DNA from: Lama guanicoe
Taxonomy: Eukaryota
Assembly (NCBI GenBank): GCA_013239625.1
Contig: MU053482.1
Coordinates: forward strand, 719,168 to 783,167
DNA: 64,000 nt
Direction: 5' to 3'
Positions 1-12,644 of the stretch are shown piece by piece; position 1 is the first letter of the stretch; each line of letters starts with the position of its first letter. The notes beneath the pieces are model-generated. The model saw only the letters and a list, made by a program, of their open reading frames with translations, did not search any database and was not told where the DNA came from. A program made the position numbers and the translations under genes.

Positions 1-17
1 AGAGGCTGGTTTTGCAG

Positions 18-426
18 TGTTACGGAAATGACAGGCCAGCCAAGAAACAAGCACCACTCGGAGGGTTGGAGTACTCAGATTTATTACGCCGGCGGGCTCA
101 GAGGGGCTTCTGCTCCGAAGCTCTGAGCACCTCCAAGATGTGCACATGAGGTTTTATAGGGTTAATTACAAGTATGGGCTAGTAGCCAATAAGGCTCAAA
201 TAACAAAAAGCAAGGAGTCAGTACACTGAAGCTTATCAATTCGGAACAGATCACGTTACTGACACTTGTTGAGCTTGGATTTACGAGTTAGCTTGTTAGC
301 CCAGTAAACTGACACTAAACTTTAGATTTACAAGTTAGCCTAGCAGAACTTATATCAGTAAACCGACACTTATCACACTTAGATTTGTGACTTAGCTTGT
401 TAGCCCAGCTGGGCTTTTCCTTCACA
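18..426 (-). mobile_element. Solo ERV LTR (class I/ERV1-like), fairly young
   Basis: TG...CA termini (TGTTACGG at 18, CCTTCACA at 426) and a 4-bp TSD GCAG at 14-17 and 427-430. The minus strand carries TATAAAA (152-158) and AATAAA (80-85). It has ~50-bp internal repeats at ~258-410, and CpGs are retained. Confidence 0.8.
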
Positions 427-953
427 GCAGCAACAGTAGTACTTGCAGAAACTGAAACTGCCTCTGCAGAATTGATTACGCATCCACAAACCTATACAGT
501 AAGAGGAAATTCACAGGCTGGTAAGATTTGGGTCGGTAAACATGACGCTACTTCCTCGCATGATCCCTTCTTCATTATGTCACTCTGTGTTAATGATCTT
601 TCAGGTGTTTGAGTGTGCTGTTGTCTTTCTTCACGCTTGGCCTTTTCCCAGTTTGCAACGCCTGATCATTAGTACTGTCCACCATTTTTCATCTGGCTGA
701 TTCCTTCAAGTGTTAGCCTACATGCTACTTCTGCTGGAGCATTTTCTCTGATCATCCTGGGTCTACCTATTATTTGCCTCCATAGAACCCTGCACTCACA
801 TCATCACACTTACTAACACTAAAGGTAATTGCACCTTCATCTTCTCTACTCATCTCTGAGATGTTTGAAGGAAGAATCTGTGTCTGTTTTTGCAGTTGTT
901 GTTGACCATTTTGGGGGCTCAAGAAATAGTGAATGAATGAATGAAGTTAAGAA

Positions 954-1157
954 AGTTTGGGATTTGCAGATATTAATTACTATATATAAAAAACAGATAA
1001 ACAAGTTCCTACTGTATAGCACAGGGAACTATGTTCGACACCTTGTAATAGCCTACAATGAAAAAGAATATAAAAAGGTATATATATATAATTGAATCAA
1101 TATGCTGTACACCAGAAATTAACACAACATTGTAAATCAACTATACAACAATAAAAA
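954..1157 (+). mobile_element. 5'-truncated L1 3' end
   Basis: Typical L1 3'UTR (ctactgtatagcacagggaactat...aacattgtaaatcaactatac) ending in an A-rich tail. Confidence 0.75.
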
Positions 1158-2139
1158 GGATAAGAATTAATATATTATAATTATTGAGTCCACTGGGACT
1201 AATATCAAAATGGATGTTTCATATTGGAGATCAGTAAAAAAAATTAGGTTGAGTTGGTGTAGGTGGGGAAAAGATTAGGTATTATTGAGGCTCATTAATG
1301 CTAGAGTGATTCTAAAATAATAATAGAATGAGTAAGTCCTATTTAATTCAAATTGAGAATCTTAAGTAGCAGAGTAACAATATATGAGTAGCAATATGCA
1401 AGAAAGTTTAGTCCAGGAATGTTGAATAATATATCAAAGGGGGCTTATGTCAAAATTAGGAGACCAACTTTAGACTCCAACTTCAAATGGACAAGGTATA
1501 GCATCAAGGTAGCTCTTTCTGATTATTTCTTTCATATTTTAGTCTCAGTTTGCTCAATTTTGTAGATTCTCCTTGGTGTTCTATATTTTCCTACCTGGTC
1601 AGCAGAGTCCCCCTGTGGTATCTAATACTTGCGGTTGTCTTAGAAAATTTTTCATTTGTTTTTCACCTAACTTGTATGTAGGATGTATGCTATATACTGA
1701 TGTTTTGAGGGTTTCAGCTCAGGCAAACACTGATGTAATGATATTCCATGACTTTGGTTTTACTAGTCATGGTATAGCATGAAAGTTCACAAGAATCTAA
1801 GAGCCCAAAAGAGAGTGTCTCAAGACACATATCAATTGCAAAATTTGCAGTAATATTGATTCTTTCATATCTCATGAAACCAATCCCACCCCTGTAATGA
1901 GGCTAAAATTGGGAGAGAACTGGGAAATGCCAACATTATTATGAATATCAGTAATAGTCCATCATCACCAACCCAGTGTAATCACAAATAGCACTGTCAT
2001 CACCATCACTACCTCACCATTATCATTTATCATCACAGCTACACGTATCTTATGTACTGAACGGCTCATTCCTTCCAGACATCAATGCTTGTTGACAAAA
2101 GTATCCCTTAGAGCTGTTATCACAGACTCTTAGATACAG

Positions 2140-2370
2140 TCTGGTACAGTGGGTTATAAAGTTAGACTCTCTGGGTTCAAATAATAGCTTTTATATTTTA
2201 ATACAGTGTGCAATCTTGGATAACTGATTTAAATCTCTGTGTGTTTCAGTTTCCTGATCTTTAAAATCAAGTAACTAAACATAACTAATTCATACAGGTG
2301 TTATGAGAATAGTTTATTAGGTATAAAGGGCTAATAACACCATTTTACGTATGTTAACATTTACTATTAC
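2140..2370 (+). mobile_element. MIR SINE remnant
   Basis: MIR core-like sequence (ctgggttcaaat...ctctgtgtgtttcagtttcctgatctttaaaat). Boundaries are approximate. Confidence 0.55.
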
Positions 2371-2597
2371 TCTCTCAAAGAATTTATTAAATTGTATAGA
2401 GTGAACATTAAATGTATTTTGGATTAAAGTGATACAGAATGTGTACTCAATTTTTGTCTTTCAAAATGTGTTTCAATTTTTAATTTTTTTTTTGGTCTTT
2501 TTAAATGCTGTGATTGCTTTAAGACTCCAGATCTATTGCCCAAGCAAATATGCACAAGGATGATAAGTGCATATTTGCACTTGCTGGGCGGGACGGC

Positions 2598-3542
2598 TCA
2601 GCTGAGCAGAAGGCACTGGCCAACCCCCACAGTCTTTCTGATAGCACTCTTGACTTCCTGGTTCCTCAGACAGTAGATGAACGGATTTAGCATGGGTGTG
2701 AGGACTGCATACACGGCTGAGATGAGTTTGTTGGAGTTAAACGATGAGATAGCTCTGGGCCGAACATACATGAAAATCATGGCTGTGTAATAAATCACGA
2801 CGACAGTGAGGTGGGATGCACAGGTGGAGAAGGCCTTCTTCCTTCCCTGGGTGGAGGGTATGCGCAGGATGGTGGAGACAATGTAGACATAGGAGAGGAT
2901 GGTGGTGGTGAGAGGGAAGATAAGAATGACAATAGCCAAGGCAAAGTCCACCAGCTCAGCCGTGGACATGTCTTTGCAGGCCAGCTTGAGGATTGGTGAG
3001 ATGTCACAGAAAAAGTGGTTCATGACATTGGAGCCACAAAAGGCAACGTGTGAAATGAAATAGACCTTGATCACAGAGACCATGAAACCACTCACATAGG
3101 AGAAAGCCACCAGCTGCACACAGTAAGCTGTGGTCATGATGACCGGGTATTGGAGAGGGTGGCAGATGGCCACATAGCGGTCATAGGCCATGGCTGCCAG
3201 GAGCACACACTCCGTGCACGCGAGCGAGATAAAGAAGTAGAGCTGGGTCATGCACCCTGTGAAGGAGATGCGCCGTCTCTGCAGGAGGAAGCCGTCCAGC
3301 ATCTTGGGGACTGTGACGGAGACATACCAGACCTCCAGGAAGGACAAGCTACTCAGGAAATAGTACATGGGCTTATGGAGGGAGCCAGTGGCCCAGACAG
3401 TGAGCATGATGACAAGATTCTCTAGGACCACCAGCAGGTAGACCACAAGGAAGAGGAAGAAGAGCAGGACCTGCAGCCAGGGGGCGGTGGGGAAGCCCAC
3501 CAGGATGAACTCACTGAGCACAGTGATGTTTCTCCCCAGCAT
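2598..3542 (-). CDS. Olfactory receptor family 6, OR6B-like; resembles mouse Olfr6/M50; 314 aa, intact
   Basis: ATG at 3542. OR motifs [31 protein letters not shown] and PMLNPFIY are all present, with the N-glycosylation site NIT. It lies next to OR6A2, as M50 lies near I7 in mouse (from recall). Confidence 0.95.
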   Translation of the reverse strand: MLGRNITVLSEFILVGFPTAPWLQVLLFFLFLVVYLLVVLENLVIMLTVWATGSLHKPMYYFLSSLSFLEVWYVSVTVPKMLDGFLLQRRRISFTGCMTQLYFFISLACTECVLLAAMAYDRYVAICHPLQYPVIMTTAYCVQLVAFSYVSGFMVSVIKVYFISHVAFCGSNVMNHFFCDISPILKLACKDMSTAELVDFALAIVILIFPLTTTILSYVYIVSTILRIPSTQGRKKAFSTCASHLTVVVIYYTAMIFMYVRPRAISSFNSNKLISAVYAVLTPMLNPFIYCLRNQEVKSAIRKTVGVGQCLLLS

Positions 3543-3553
3543 GACTGAGGGCG

Positions 3554-3764
3554 CTGGGAGGTATTGAAGTCTTCTACGACGACGTCACAAATAGTGAAGA
3601 TGACTATGGCATCGGATAGGAGACCAAAATAAGGTTGTAAATCAGTCTTTCCTGGGAATCTTTAAATGTGAGGAACACATTTTGATCAAAAATTTTTCCT
3701 GTGTTTTTTATGAAAGTCTCCCAGAATCTAAGTGCACGCACGCCCATCCCTACCTCTCACTCAC
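3554..3764 (-). other. Predicted short 5'UTR intron of the OR6B-like gene
   Basis: Minus-strand donor CAG|GTGAGT (GT at 3764-3763) and acceptor cttcaatacctcccag| 11 nt before the ATG. Motif-only prediction. Confidence 0.4.
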
Positions 3765-4389
3765 CTGATGGAATATTTGGATGTCACTCTCCATGTCATT
3801 CTTAGCTCCTTTGTCCATGAATGTGGACCGATAATATCTCCTTTGTTGGTTTCAGATCTGTTTAATTAGGGACTCACAGCACAAAGATATTTTTCCTTCC
3901 TGTAAAGAAATGTGGAAGATGACATCATGTCAGTAAAAGTTCCAAAGTTTAATCTAGGGGTGGTCTATTGGCTGTAGTCCTTTGCTCCACTAGTTTCCTC
4001 AAAGTAGAGTCTATGGTTATTTAAAAAATGGTAATACTCTTGGACAATTCCTTAATGACTCTCCAGTTATTTTAGATGAAGTTTTCATATTTGGATCCCT
4101 ACCCATTTCTCCTGCCTCATCTCTTGTGACCCTCTAAATGATTTCCATGCTTGAGATGTACTCAAATAGTTTTGCTCCCTAACCACCCTATAATTATTCT
4201 TACAGTTTTCATATGCTCTTTCCTCTCATGGCCATTCCCCAATCTTTATCTACTGATTCAAGATTCAAGATCATGTTTAGGAGATATCTCACCAAATCTG
4301 GGTCAAATACTTCAACAGCAGTATTTCCTGGTGCACAGCCCCCTCATGCATTGAGATCTCTCTCCTGTACAATGCATCTTTCAAAACTC

Positions 4390-4810
4390 AGGGAGATGTT
4401 GGTCAAAGGGCATAATATTCCAGTTATAAGGTGTATAAGTTCTGGGGATCTAAGGTACAGTCTGGTGACTATAGGTATTAGCATTGAATTATATACTTGA
4501 AAGTTGCTAAGAGAGTAGATCTTACTTATTTTAAGTTTTTACCAAAATTATTATTATTTTTTAATGGAGGTACTGGGGATTGAACCTAGGACCTCCTGCA
4601 TGCTTTACCACTGAGTTATACCCTCCCCACTTAAGAGAGTAGATCTTAAATGTTTTCATCACACACACAAAGAAATCAAAATTATGTGACGTGATAGAGG
4701 TGGTAACTAACCTTACTGTGTAATTATTTCACAATATATATGTGTCTTAAATCATCATACTATACACCTTAATCTTACACGATGTTATGTGTTGATTGTA
4801 TCTCAATAAA
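4390..4810 (+). mobile_element. Old L1M 3' end interrupted by a SINE
   Basis: L1MA-type 3'UTR (ttggtcaaaggg...tatacttgaaagttgctaagagagtagatcttaaatgtt...tatctcaataaa). Confidence 0.7.
4525..4631 (-). mobile_element. tRNA-derived SINE (camelid Vic-1-like)
   Basis: Minus strand reads GGGGAGGGTATAACTCAGTGG...GGTTCAATCCCCAGTACCTCC (A and B boxes). Perfect 17-bp TSD TAAGAGAGTAGATCTTA at 4508-4524 and 4632-4648. Confidence 0.85.
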
Positions 4811-5624
4811 CCTCGTCCTTCATGACTGTCAATCCAATGCCTAGGATAGTGTCTGACAAACACATGAATATTAAATGAATATGGATTCACAAGTGAATCG
4901 ATGTGTCTCTTAGAGTTTGAGGATCCATAGGAAATAGTCCAGGGGCAGAGGATTGTGATTCCAGGATCTTTGCTGGCAGGAAGCACCCATCAGGCTACAT
5001 CTTTGGACACACTCTCAATTTGCACCCCCAGGGCACTTTCATGACAAGCATGTCCACCAGGTCGGAGAGCACTGGATATGATCCTTGGTTCTGATCACCT
5101 GGTAGGTCAGGGTCTCTATCAGCCTTTGCTGCAGACTCTGCCTAGAAGGGTAAGGAAAAGGGAGGCAGGAGCATACATGGACACAGCACAAGGATAGGCT
5201 GCTCTTACAAGGCAGAGGGAAGAATTCTTTGTGAGCCTGTCCAATTATTTTAATCTGTGGTTAAGGAAAGAGGTTACCACAGTGTCATCTCTTAAAACAA
5301 TGTAAATCACTGTGTATCTCCACTAAATTCCACACTCATCCATAAAGACTGAGTTGATATCCTGTTTTCAGAATATCATTGTTCACTCTTTCAGCCAAGC
5401 AATTTGTCCACTGTACTGTTCACTTAACACACAGAGGGTGGGAGACGAATCAAGGGTCATCCTGAAATCCCACTGGTCTAGACATCTTCTGGCCATGGCT
5501 CATGACAAGGGACAGAGGAATGAAGGGCCAAGATGCATATTATTGGCTCCACTAACTGCTTTCCATAGCAGCATGCATCAGCAGAGCTCTGCCCTGCTTG
5601 CTGGGTGGAAAGAGATCCTGTCTC

Positions 5625-5674
5625 ACCCCTGGGATCCCAACTGACATCTTTCACCCCCCGATAGAGTTCATTAG
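5625..5674 (-). promoter_or_regulatory. Candidate OR promoter: O/E (EBF) site plus homeodomain site
   Basis: Minus-strand TAATGA (5673-5668) followed by TCCCAGGGGT (5634-5625), 2.1 kb upstream of the OR6B-like ATG in non-repetitive DNA. Confidence 0.5.
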
Positions 5675-8600
5675 TAAGCAGTTCCCGACCTTTTCAAGCA
5701 AAACTGGTTCTGGTGGCAGAAAGCAGAGAGTTTTCCCACTTTCTTGTCCCAGTAGGAAGAATGGAGAGACTTCCCTTCAGAGCCATCAGCCACACAATTT
5801 CCCACACACTCACCTTTGCATGCTAGTTATGAGCACTAACTTTAGAGTCAGCATGGGGCTGCTAGCTGTCATCCAGGAGAACATGTAACAGTTCAGTACC
5901 TGCTAGTGTAAAACAGTATAATGTTAAAAATGCCTAATTTATTGGTTTCTTGTGAGAATAAATGTGATAATGTATGGAAAGCACATGGCATGGGAATTGG
6001 TCCATGGTTATTCTGTATATAAGTGCTATTTATTATTATATCATTATCATATTGTGTCACACTGGACTCACCCATGCTATTCACATGCATTCGTCTCAAC
6101 ATGTAGCCATTTTCATTCTCACTTTCTCACCCATTTTTATTTTTTTGTTATATTCTGGGGAAAGAGGTAAGGGATGTATCCTGGGGAACAGGATTTATCG
6201 TCTTTGAAAAGCTTTGAGTTACAGCTCACTTTCTTATCTACTCTCTCTAACGTTGTGCTTTCATACATCCAAGTTCACCCTGATATTTTATATTCTCCTC
6301 CACTTTTTTTTTCTTTTGCCACAGATATACCTCCGAGCAGGCTATATTTTGTATTATGGAGAGATGCAGAAGTCCCTCTTACCATTTCCCTTGTTTTCAG
6401 AATTCACAGTACTGAGCTCCAAGATCTCTGTGGGATCCAAGGAAAGAAATCCCTTCAGTAAACTGTAGAACCTTTTTTCAGTTTTGTGTGCTTGTTCTCA
6501 AGAGAAAACTTAGACACCAATAGACTTCTTCTGGAGCAGGAAACATATCTTCTATGCCCTGGTCCAACATCCAAAAGATCTCACAGCTGCCCAAATTTCC
6601 CCAGCCATGGGGAAAGATGTACTGAATCTTCATTTCCCCGTTTATTCCCCACAAGTACCCTTTCTCCCATTTGACAACAGTGCCTGCAGCCATTTCCCCA
6701 AGCCTCTCCTCATCCTCCCCAGAGCTTTCTTTAGGGACCAACAGATCTCTCCTGGTACCTTCAGCCACTTACCGGGGTCCACTTGCCCTTTATCCAAGAG
6801 TGGAATATTCTACAGGCTAATCATGGGGAGGCAGGCTGGTTGGCGTATTTTTGTGCTTCCTGGAGATCCATGTCTGGTCTCTGCTCAGACTGCATGGCAG
6901 CTATTATAGCAGCAAGACTGGAGCCGGAGCAGAATATATTTCACACTCACCCTACCCTCTTCCCGGGAGGCTCACTTACACTCAGTCTCTCCTCGAGCTC
7001 GGGAAACTGTGTGTGTTGCCAAGACTTTGTCCAGGGGACCTGAACAGGGAAGCTGAGTCTCCATCCACCTATTAATTCCTCTTCATACCTGGACCATCTT
7101 TATTTATACCTGTAGGTTGGCATAAAGGGTGTGGCCCCTTTACTAGATGCAAGGTAATGCAGCCCCAAATTACTCAAAAACCAGGATAAGACACTTAAAT
7201 TGGTTAATAAGATAACTAATACTTTTATTTGTTCATTTGTTACAAAAAAAAATCACATCCTGCTTTTACTGAGCTCTTTTTATGTGCGAGACACTATGCT
7301 ATACATTCTTTGAAGTAAAACTATGTAGGTCATGGTTTCTGCCCTTCAGAAACTTCTAGAATTCTAAGTAAAATCCGAAGTACACACTATAATGAGCATA
7401 GCATGTGACCTGCGCCAGAAGAGAGATACAAACAAAGTGCTCTAGGAACCCCGATGAGAGAGAAATGCTTTCTAATGTAGGATCCTGGGAAAAGTTTCCT
7501 CAAAAGGTGTCATTCTGGAGTCATGACAGGAAGATAGTGTAGAAATAGTGTGATGGGAAATAATTTTGGTCCACAGTCAGAGGATCTGGTTCTTAATCTG
7601 GTTCTACACCTAGATTAAGATCTTAAGACACTCTTTTAAAGACACTTGACTTCATAAAATTGTCTTTATTCCTCAGTTTATTATTCCATAAAACAGGGTA
7701 ATAGCAATTCCCTTTTCCACATCACATCATTAATGTTAGTTTCAAAAGTAATATGAAAGCAGTTCTAAAGCTGCTCAGTAATTAGTACACAAATGTAAAA
7801 TCCTACCTGTGTTGGAATATGAACCACAGACATCATGTGATCGGAAGAAACGGCGTGAGAGGGCTTTCCGTGCAGAGACTGGCACAAGAGAATGCAGCAT
7901 GGTGACAGCAGAAGGTGAGACGGGACCTCTGAGGTATGACAACCGCTGTGACCTGGGTCCACTGTCTTGGACTTCAGGAAGCACTCAGTCATTTGACGAG
8001 CATTTGTGAAGTGTGTACCGTGTGCCAAGAACAGTGTGAAATGACAGTCCCTTCTGTGGGTCAAGTTGTCCACAAGAGAGTCCACAGACTCTCTGGTCTT
8101 AGCTGTGCCTCAGTAACCACAAAATCGAGAATCAAGTGCTTGAATTTTTGCAAGAACAAAGGCCCAGGAGATACACTTGGGTCTCTGTGAGTAACGAAAG
8201 GTGGAGGAAGGGTGTGAAAAAAATGAGAAGTTCTAGAGATCTTAGATCTTAGAGAAAGTCCTAAAGATCATAAAGGAAAACTTCAGGCCGTATCATCTAT
8301 TGTAACCTGTTATTTAAAGAAATAAGTAAGATGTGATTTGTTCTAAATAGTGATTTGTTCTAAATAGGATGTAAAACTTTTTCCAAATCACTCTTCTTCA
8401 GTCCTGCCTGCTAAGAATGCAAATGTAACTGTGATATAACCACCCTTCCTAGGTACCTTGGCAGGTGTGTGTGTGATCTCAGAATGCACAAGTGACATAG
8501 ATGTGATGTGACAACTGGAGTGGTAGAGTCATTTATATTGTTTACACTTCTCTGACCAGACCTTAAGGGAAGATCAGTTTTTTAAAAAAATCAAGTACAA

Positions 8601-10985
8601 TAGTGTCTTTCTATCTCCAAATACATGTCAAAAGAAGAAGAGTGTTCGTAACTGAGCTTTGTTTTTGCTCAGTAATAAAGTCAAACAAGACTCTTGTTTC
8701 CAAGTGACCCACTGAGCCATGTACGCATTTCTGTTTATTTCAAATAAAATATGCTTGCATTATTTATCATTTATTCTATCCATCCATATCATGCTTCTTT
8801 CTGGATTAGGTAGTCCAGTAAAAAAACATACCTGTTCTTTAAAAAAAGAATAAAGTAGCTGGAATTTGATGGAGAAGGATGGACTTAGCCCTTCCCATAC
8901 TACTCATCCATGTTCTTTGTCTGAAGGCATATGGTGAGCTGGCACTATTCTGGAAAGCCTGGACCGCTGGTCTGCATGAAATGAGACTATGGATCATGAA
9001 AATCAGGAAATGACTCTAAGAGAAAATGAAAACACTTGTGCTATAAACCCTCTCTCTTCTCTGCAATTCATGCAGCTGTCCGCTCAGGCTTGCCTGCCCC
9101 AAACGGTGCCATCTGAAAGGGCTGGTATCATTAGTCAGGGTTGCTAAATATATAAAGCAATAACAATGTGTGAATTATACTTTATTTTAACTCTTCCTTA
9201 TCAGTCAGCTAAATTAAAACAGCATCAATGCCTGAATTCCACGAGGATTAAAAATACAGAAGATTTTGGAAAAGTCAATCTGAAGTCACTGAAATGAATT
9301 GAATTCTATTATTTAGTATAAAAAGAATGGCAATATCATTCTTTATAAAATAAACTTTTTATTTTGGAATAACATGGCATTTATGGAAAAGTTTTAACAA
9401 GAGAGTTCTCATATTCTCTTCCCCAGTTTGTTTCTCCTAATATTACTGTTGTAGTAGTGTTTTAATTTGTTTGTAATGGCACCTTACGTTACCGTGTACA
9501 CTTTCACAACTAAGAAAGCAAAACTGGTCCGTAATTGTTACCTAAACTCAAGGTTTTATTCAGATCTTACCAGGTTTTCCATATCCTTTTTATGTCCCAG
9601 GGTCCAATCTAAGATACCACATTCCATTTAGGTATCTTGTTTCTTAGTCCCCTGGATCTGACAATTTCTTAGTCTTTACTTGTATTTTACAATTGTAAAA
9701 ATTGTTTGTTTTTTTAATGAGGCAGGATGGGGTTTTCAATACTACAGAAGAATATTATTTTGTTTTAAATGCTCTTTTCCAGAATGGTTTTTGGATATTT
9801 TCTGAGTCTGTTCAGTATAAAATGTTAGGAAATAGGAAAAGATACTGGATTATTAAGTTCAAGTCAAAAAAAAGTTAATCACAATCTAAAATTCATCTGC
9901 ACAAGGTTGTAGTGGGCAAAAAAATATAATAAAAACCAAAAGGGAAATTAAGATCATATTGTAAAGAAACTTGAAGGGCAGACTAAGAAACTCGGAGTTT
10001 ATTCAAAGGTGGTGGGAATCCGTAGATATTTTTGAGTACAGAAGCTGTCCACGTTGGTCTTCACTTGCTCTGAGGACGTTAGTTGCCTCTGGCTACTGGG
10101 TATCTCTCGTATCTGAAAGACACCACCTGGATCTAGTACTCCTATTTCCTGTAGTGATGGAGACTGGTGACCTCCCCCAGACACTACCCTGGCAAAAGGG
10201 AATGACAAAATGGTTGCATTACCTATGCAACATTTTGAAAGATTGGCAGACCATAAGGATGATTTGAAACAAACCAGTCAAATGTAATAAAGATAGCATA
10301 AAGTCCTCTCTCTAAGTTTATGGAAAAATTAAATACTTCAATGGAGGATGATGAATACTTAATCTGATCATTACTTTAAAAAATCTTAGGGTTTGTAATT
10401 TCAAACTCAGTATAAGCCATGAGGATCACGTGACCATGAAAATGCCATCCACATGTCAGTCCCACCAGAGTTCACACTGACTCAAACATATTCTGATTTT
10501 TGTTGTTGAAAGACAAATATGTGCAGGATACCATACTAAACACTTTTCCAGTGCCTGAAGTATTTGGTTTCAAATTTTGAAGTCAGAATTAGAGGTGTTT
10601 TTCAAACCCTCCCAAAATAATGCATCTTATTGTAAAAAGCTTGCAAAACAAAGGAAAGCACAATGAAGGAAATCGACACCATGTTTTCACTTCCCGCTAA
10701 CTGGAGGTAATCGATAAGGAGGTTCATAAAATAGTTACAATAGTGATGCCCAGAGGAGGACACACCCATCCCAGTCCAATACCGCATTTCAGACACTTAC
10801 TCTATGGGGACAGTTGGGGGATAGATTTCTGATGAACTCTGAAATGTATAAATTATAGTACCAAAATACTTATAAGCTTATGTAATTCTCTTGGCACAGA
10901 TAGATAAGAATGTTACAGTAGAATTTTTAATAAGTAGGGACGACCTAATAATGCCCAATATCCATGCTAGTAGCCTTTCATATAC

Positions 10986-11075
10986 TTTTTCTTTATATTG
11001 AAGTTATAGTTGATTTACAGTATTATGTTAGTTTCTGGTGTACAGCATAGTGATTCAGTATTTTTATAGACTTTA
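10986..11075 (-). mobile_element. Very short L1 3' end
   Basis: T-rich tail plus ttgaagttatagttgatttacag...gtgtacagcatagtgattcag. Degenerate TSD tagcctttc(a/g)t at 10971 and 11076. Confidence 0.65.
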
Positions 11076-12644
11076 TAGCCTTTCGTGCACGTCATTAAGC
11101 TGCAGACAACTAAGGAAAGACAGGCTGCAACAGCGGAAAGCTGCCACATCTGCATGTAGCCTGTTCTGGTCTTGGGTGATTATAAGGAGCTAAATTCCCA
11201 TAAATCATACTGCCCTCTAACCATCTCTTTGTCCAGATGAAAAAAGTTGTGTATTTAATTGGCTAAGAAATGTTTATTTAAATAAATATGCTGGTAACAA
11301 TACCTTTGCCACAGAATGCAGTTTATAATAGCAAGGAGTTCAATGCATAATTACTGCTCTAATATTTTAGTCAAATTCCTTCTAGTCTTATTTAAACAAA
11401 TAAACAGATAAATAAGACATACTTTTAATACTATTACATAACTTAATCTTTTCATTTATTATATCAGGATATTTTTTCTCTAATTAACTCTATTTAGATC
11501 ATGTTATTTAAATGTCTCCATTGTATTCCATTTAATGTACAGGCTGTAAGTTATTTAACTGTGGAAGTGTATCATATTTCCATGTTTTTGTTATTACAAA
11601 TAAGAATGTGTGGCAACACAAATATTTCTGCATCAGGATGTTTTCAGTATTTTCAGCATTTGTGATATACATTGCCAAATTTCCTTCCAAAAAGGCTGAG
11701 CCATTTTCTACTGCCCCATACCCTAGCAAAGTATGAGGGGTTTAATTCCTGAATCTGCCAGTCCTACCTTTGGGTGTGTCACACATGCCTGGCCTCCATG
11801 GCTTCAAATTATATTCATTTAATATATCTCTTTTTAGCTACTGTGTGCTGGATACTGTTCTGGGCCATGGTAATAAAATGACGAACAAGCCAATGTGATG
11901 CCTGACTCCATGGAGCTTAGAGTCTAATTAGGGAAACTGAGGATCAAATAAACAACTGTACTCAGCCACTAGTTCAGGGTGGGCACTGACCTTGGTAAAT
12001 CAGGAAATGAAGCAAGAAACCCCTGTGGTCCAGGAGGTGATACGTTGCCAATACAAAAATGTGCAGTGTCCTATCTCCTTGTCTTGCAATTCACACTAGA
12101 ATGATCATCTGGGGCCCTCTACCTCCTAGGCTACCACTGGTGTCTTGTGTCTGGAAGAGATCTCATCTGGAAGTCTTCTGATGTTCTTCCATAATGAAGC
12201 CTCTGCTTCCTTGAATGGCTTCCTCCTTCCATTTCCCTTTTCTATACCTTCTGCCTCAGAACTAAACCCCAGGAACAAAGCCAGGAATTGCCACTTAGAT
12301 GCATTTTGCATTTTCTTTGCTTTAATTACTGGTGTTCAGTCACGTCTTGTGCTCAGAGTCATCCCTCTCCACCTCCCGAGGATGCATGATTCGTGAACCT
12401 GCTCTACATAAATTACAATAGAGCAGACAACACAGAATCAGCTTCTAGCCTATACGTTACAACCTTATCTTGAAGAAATCTAACTTTTAGCTTGTAATCC
12501 ACCCCTCTTCCTCATCCTCAACAGGTTCTTTGGTGGTGCCTTTGAAACTCTAGTCCTTAATTTAGACTCTAAGAGATCTCTGGACTTCATAGAAGACATA
12601 GACAGTAAGTTTTAGAGCATTTTCTAAGATTTAACACCTCCCTT

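Noticed and set aside
258..410. Repeat-spacer-like array resembling CRISPR
   Set aside because: It is an imperfect tandem repeat inside an LTR U3 in mammalian DNA, with no cas genes or unique spacers.
2795..3425. Overlapping and antisense ORFs within OR coding regions (also at 13031-13524, 48849-49358, 62583-63247)
   Set aside because: These are shadow frames of GC-rich OR coding sequence.
8333..8366. Perfect 17-bp direct repeat GTGATTTGTTCTAAATA x2
   Set aside because: An ordinary local slippage duplication with no supporting context.
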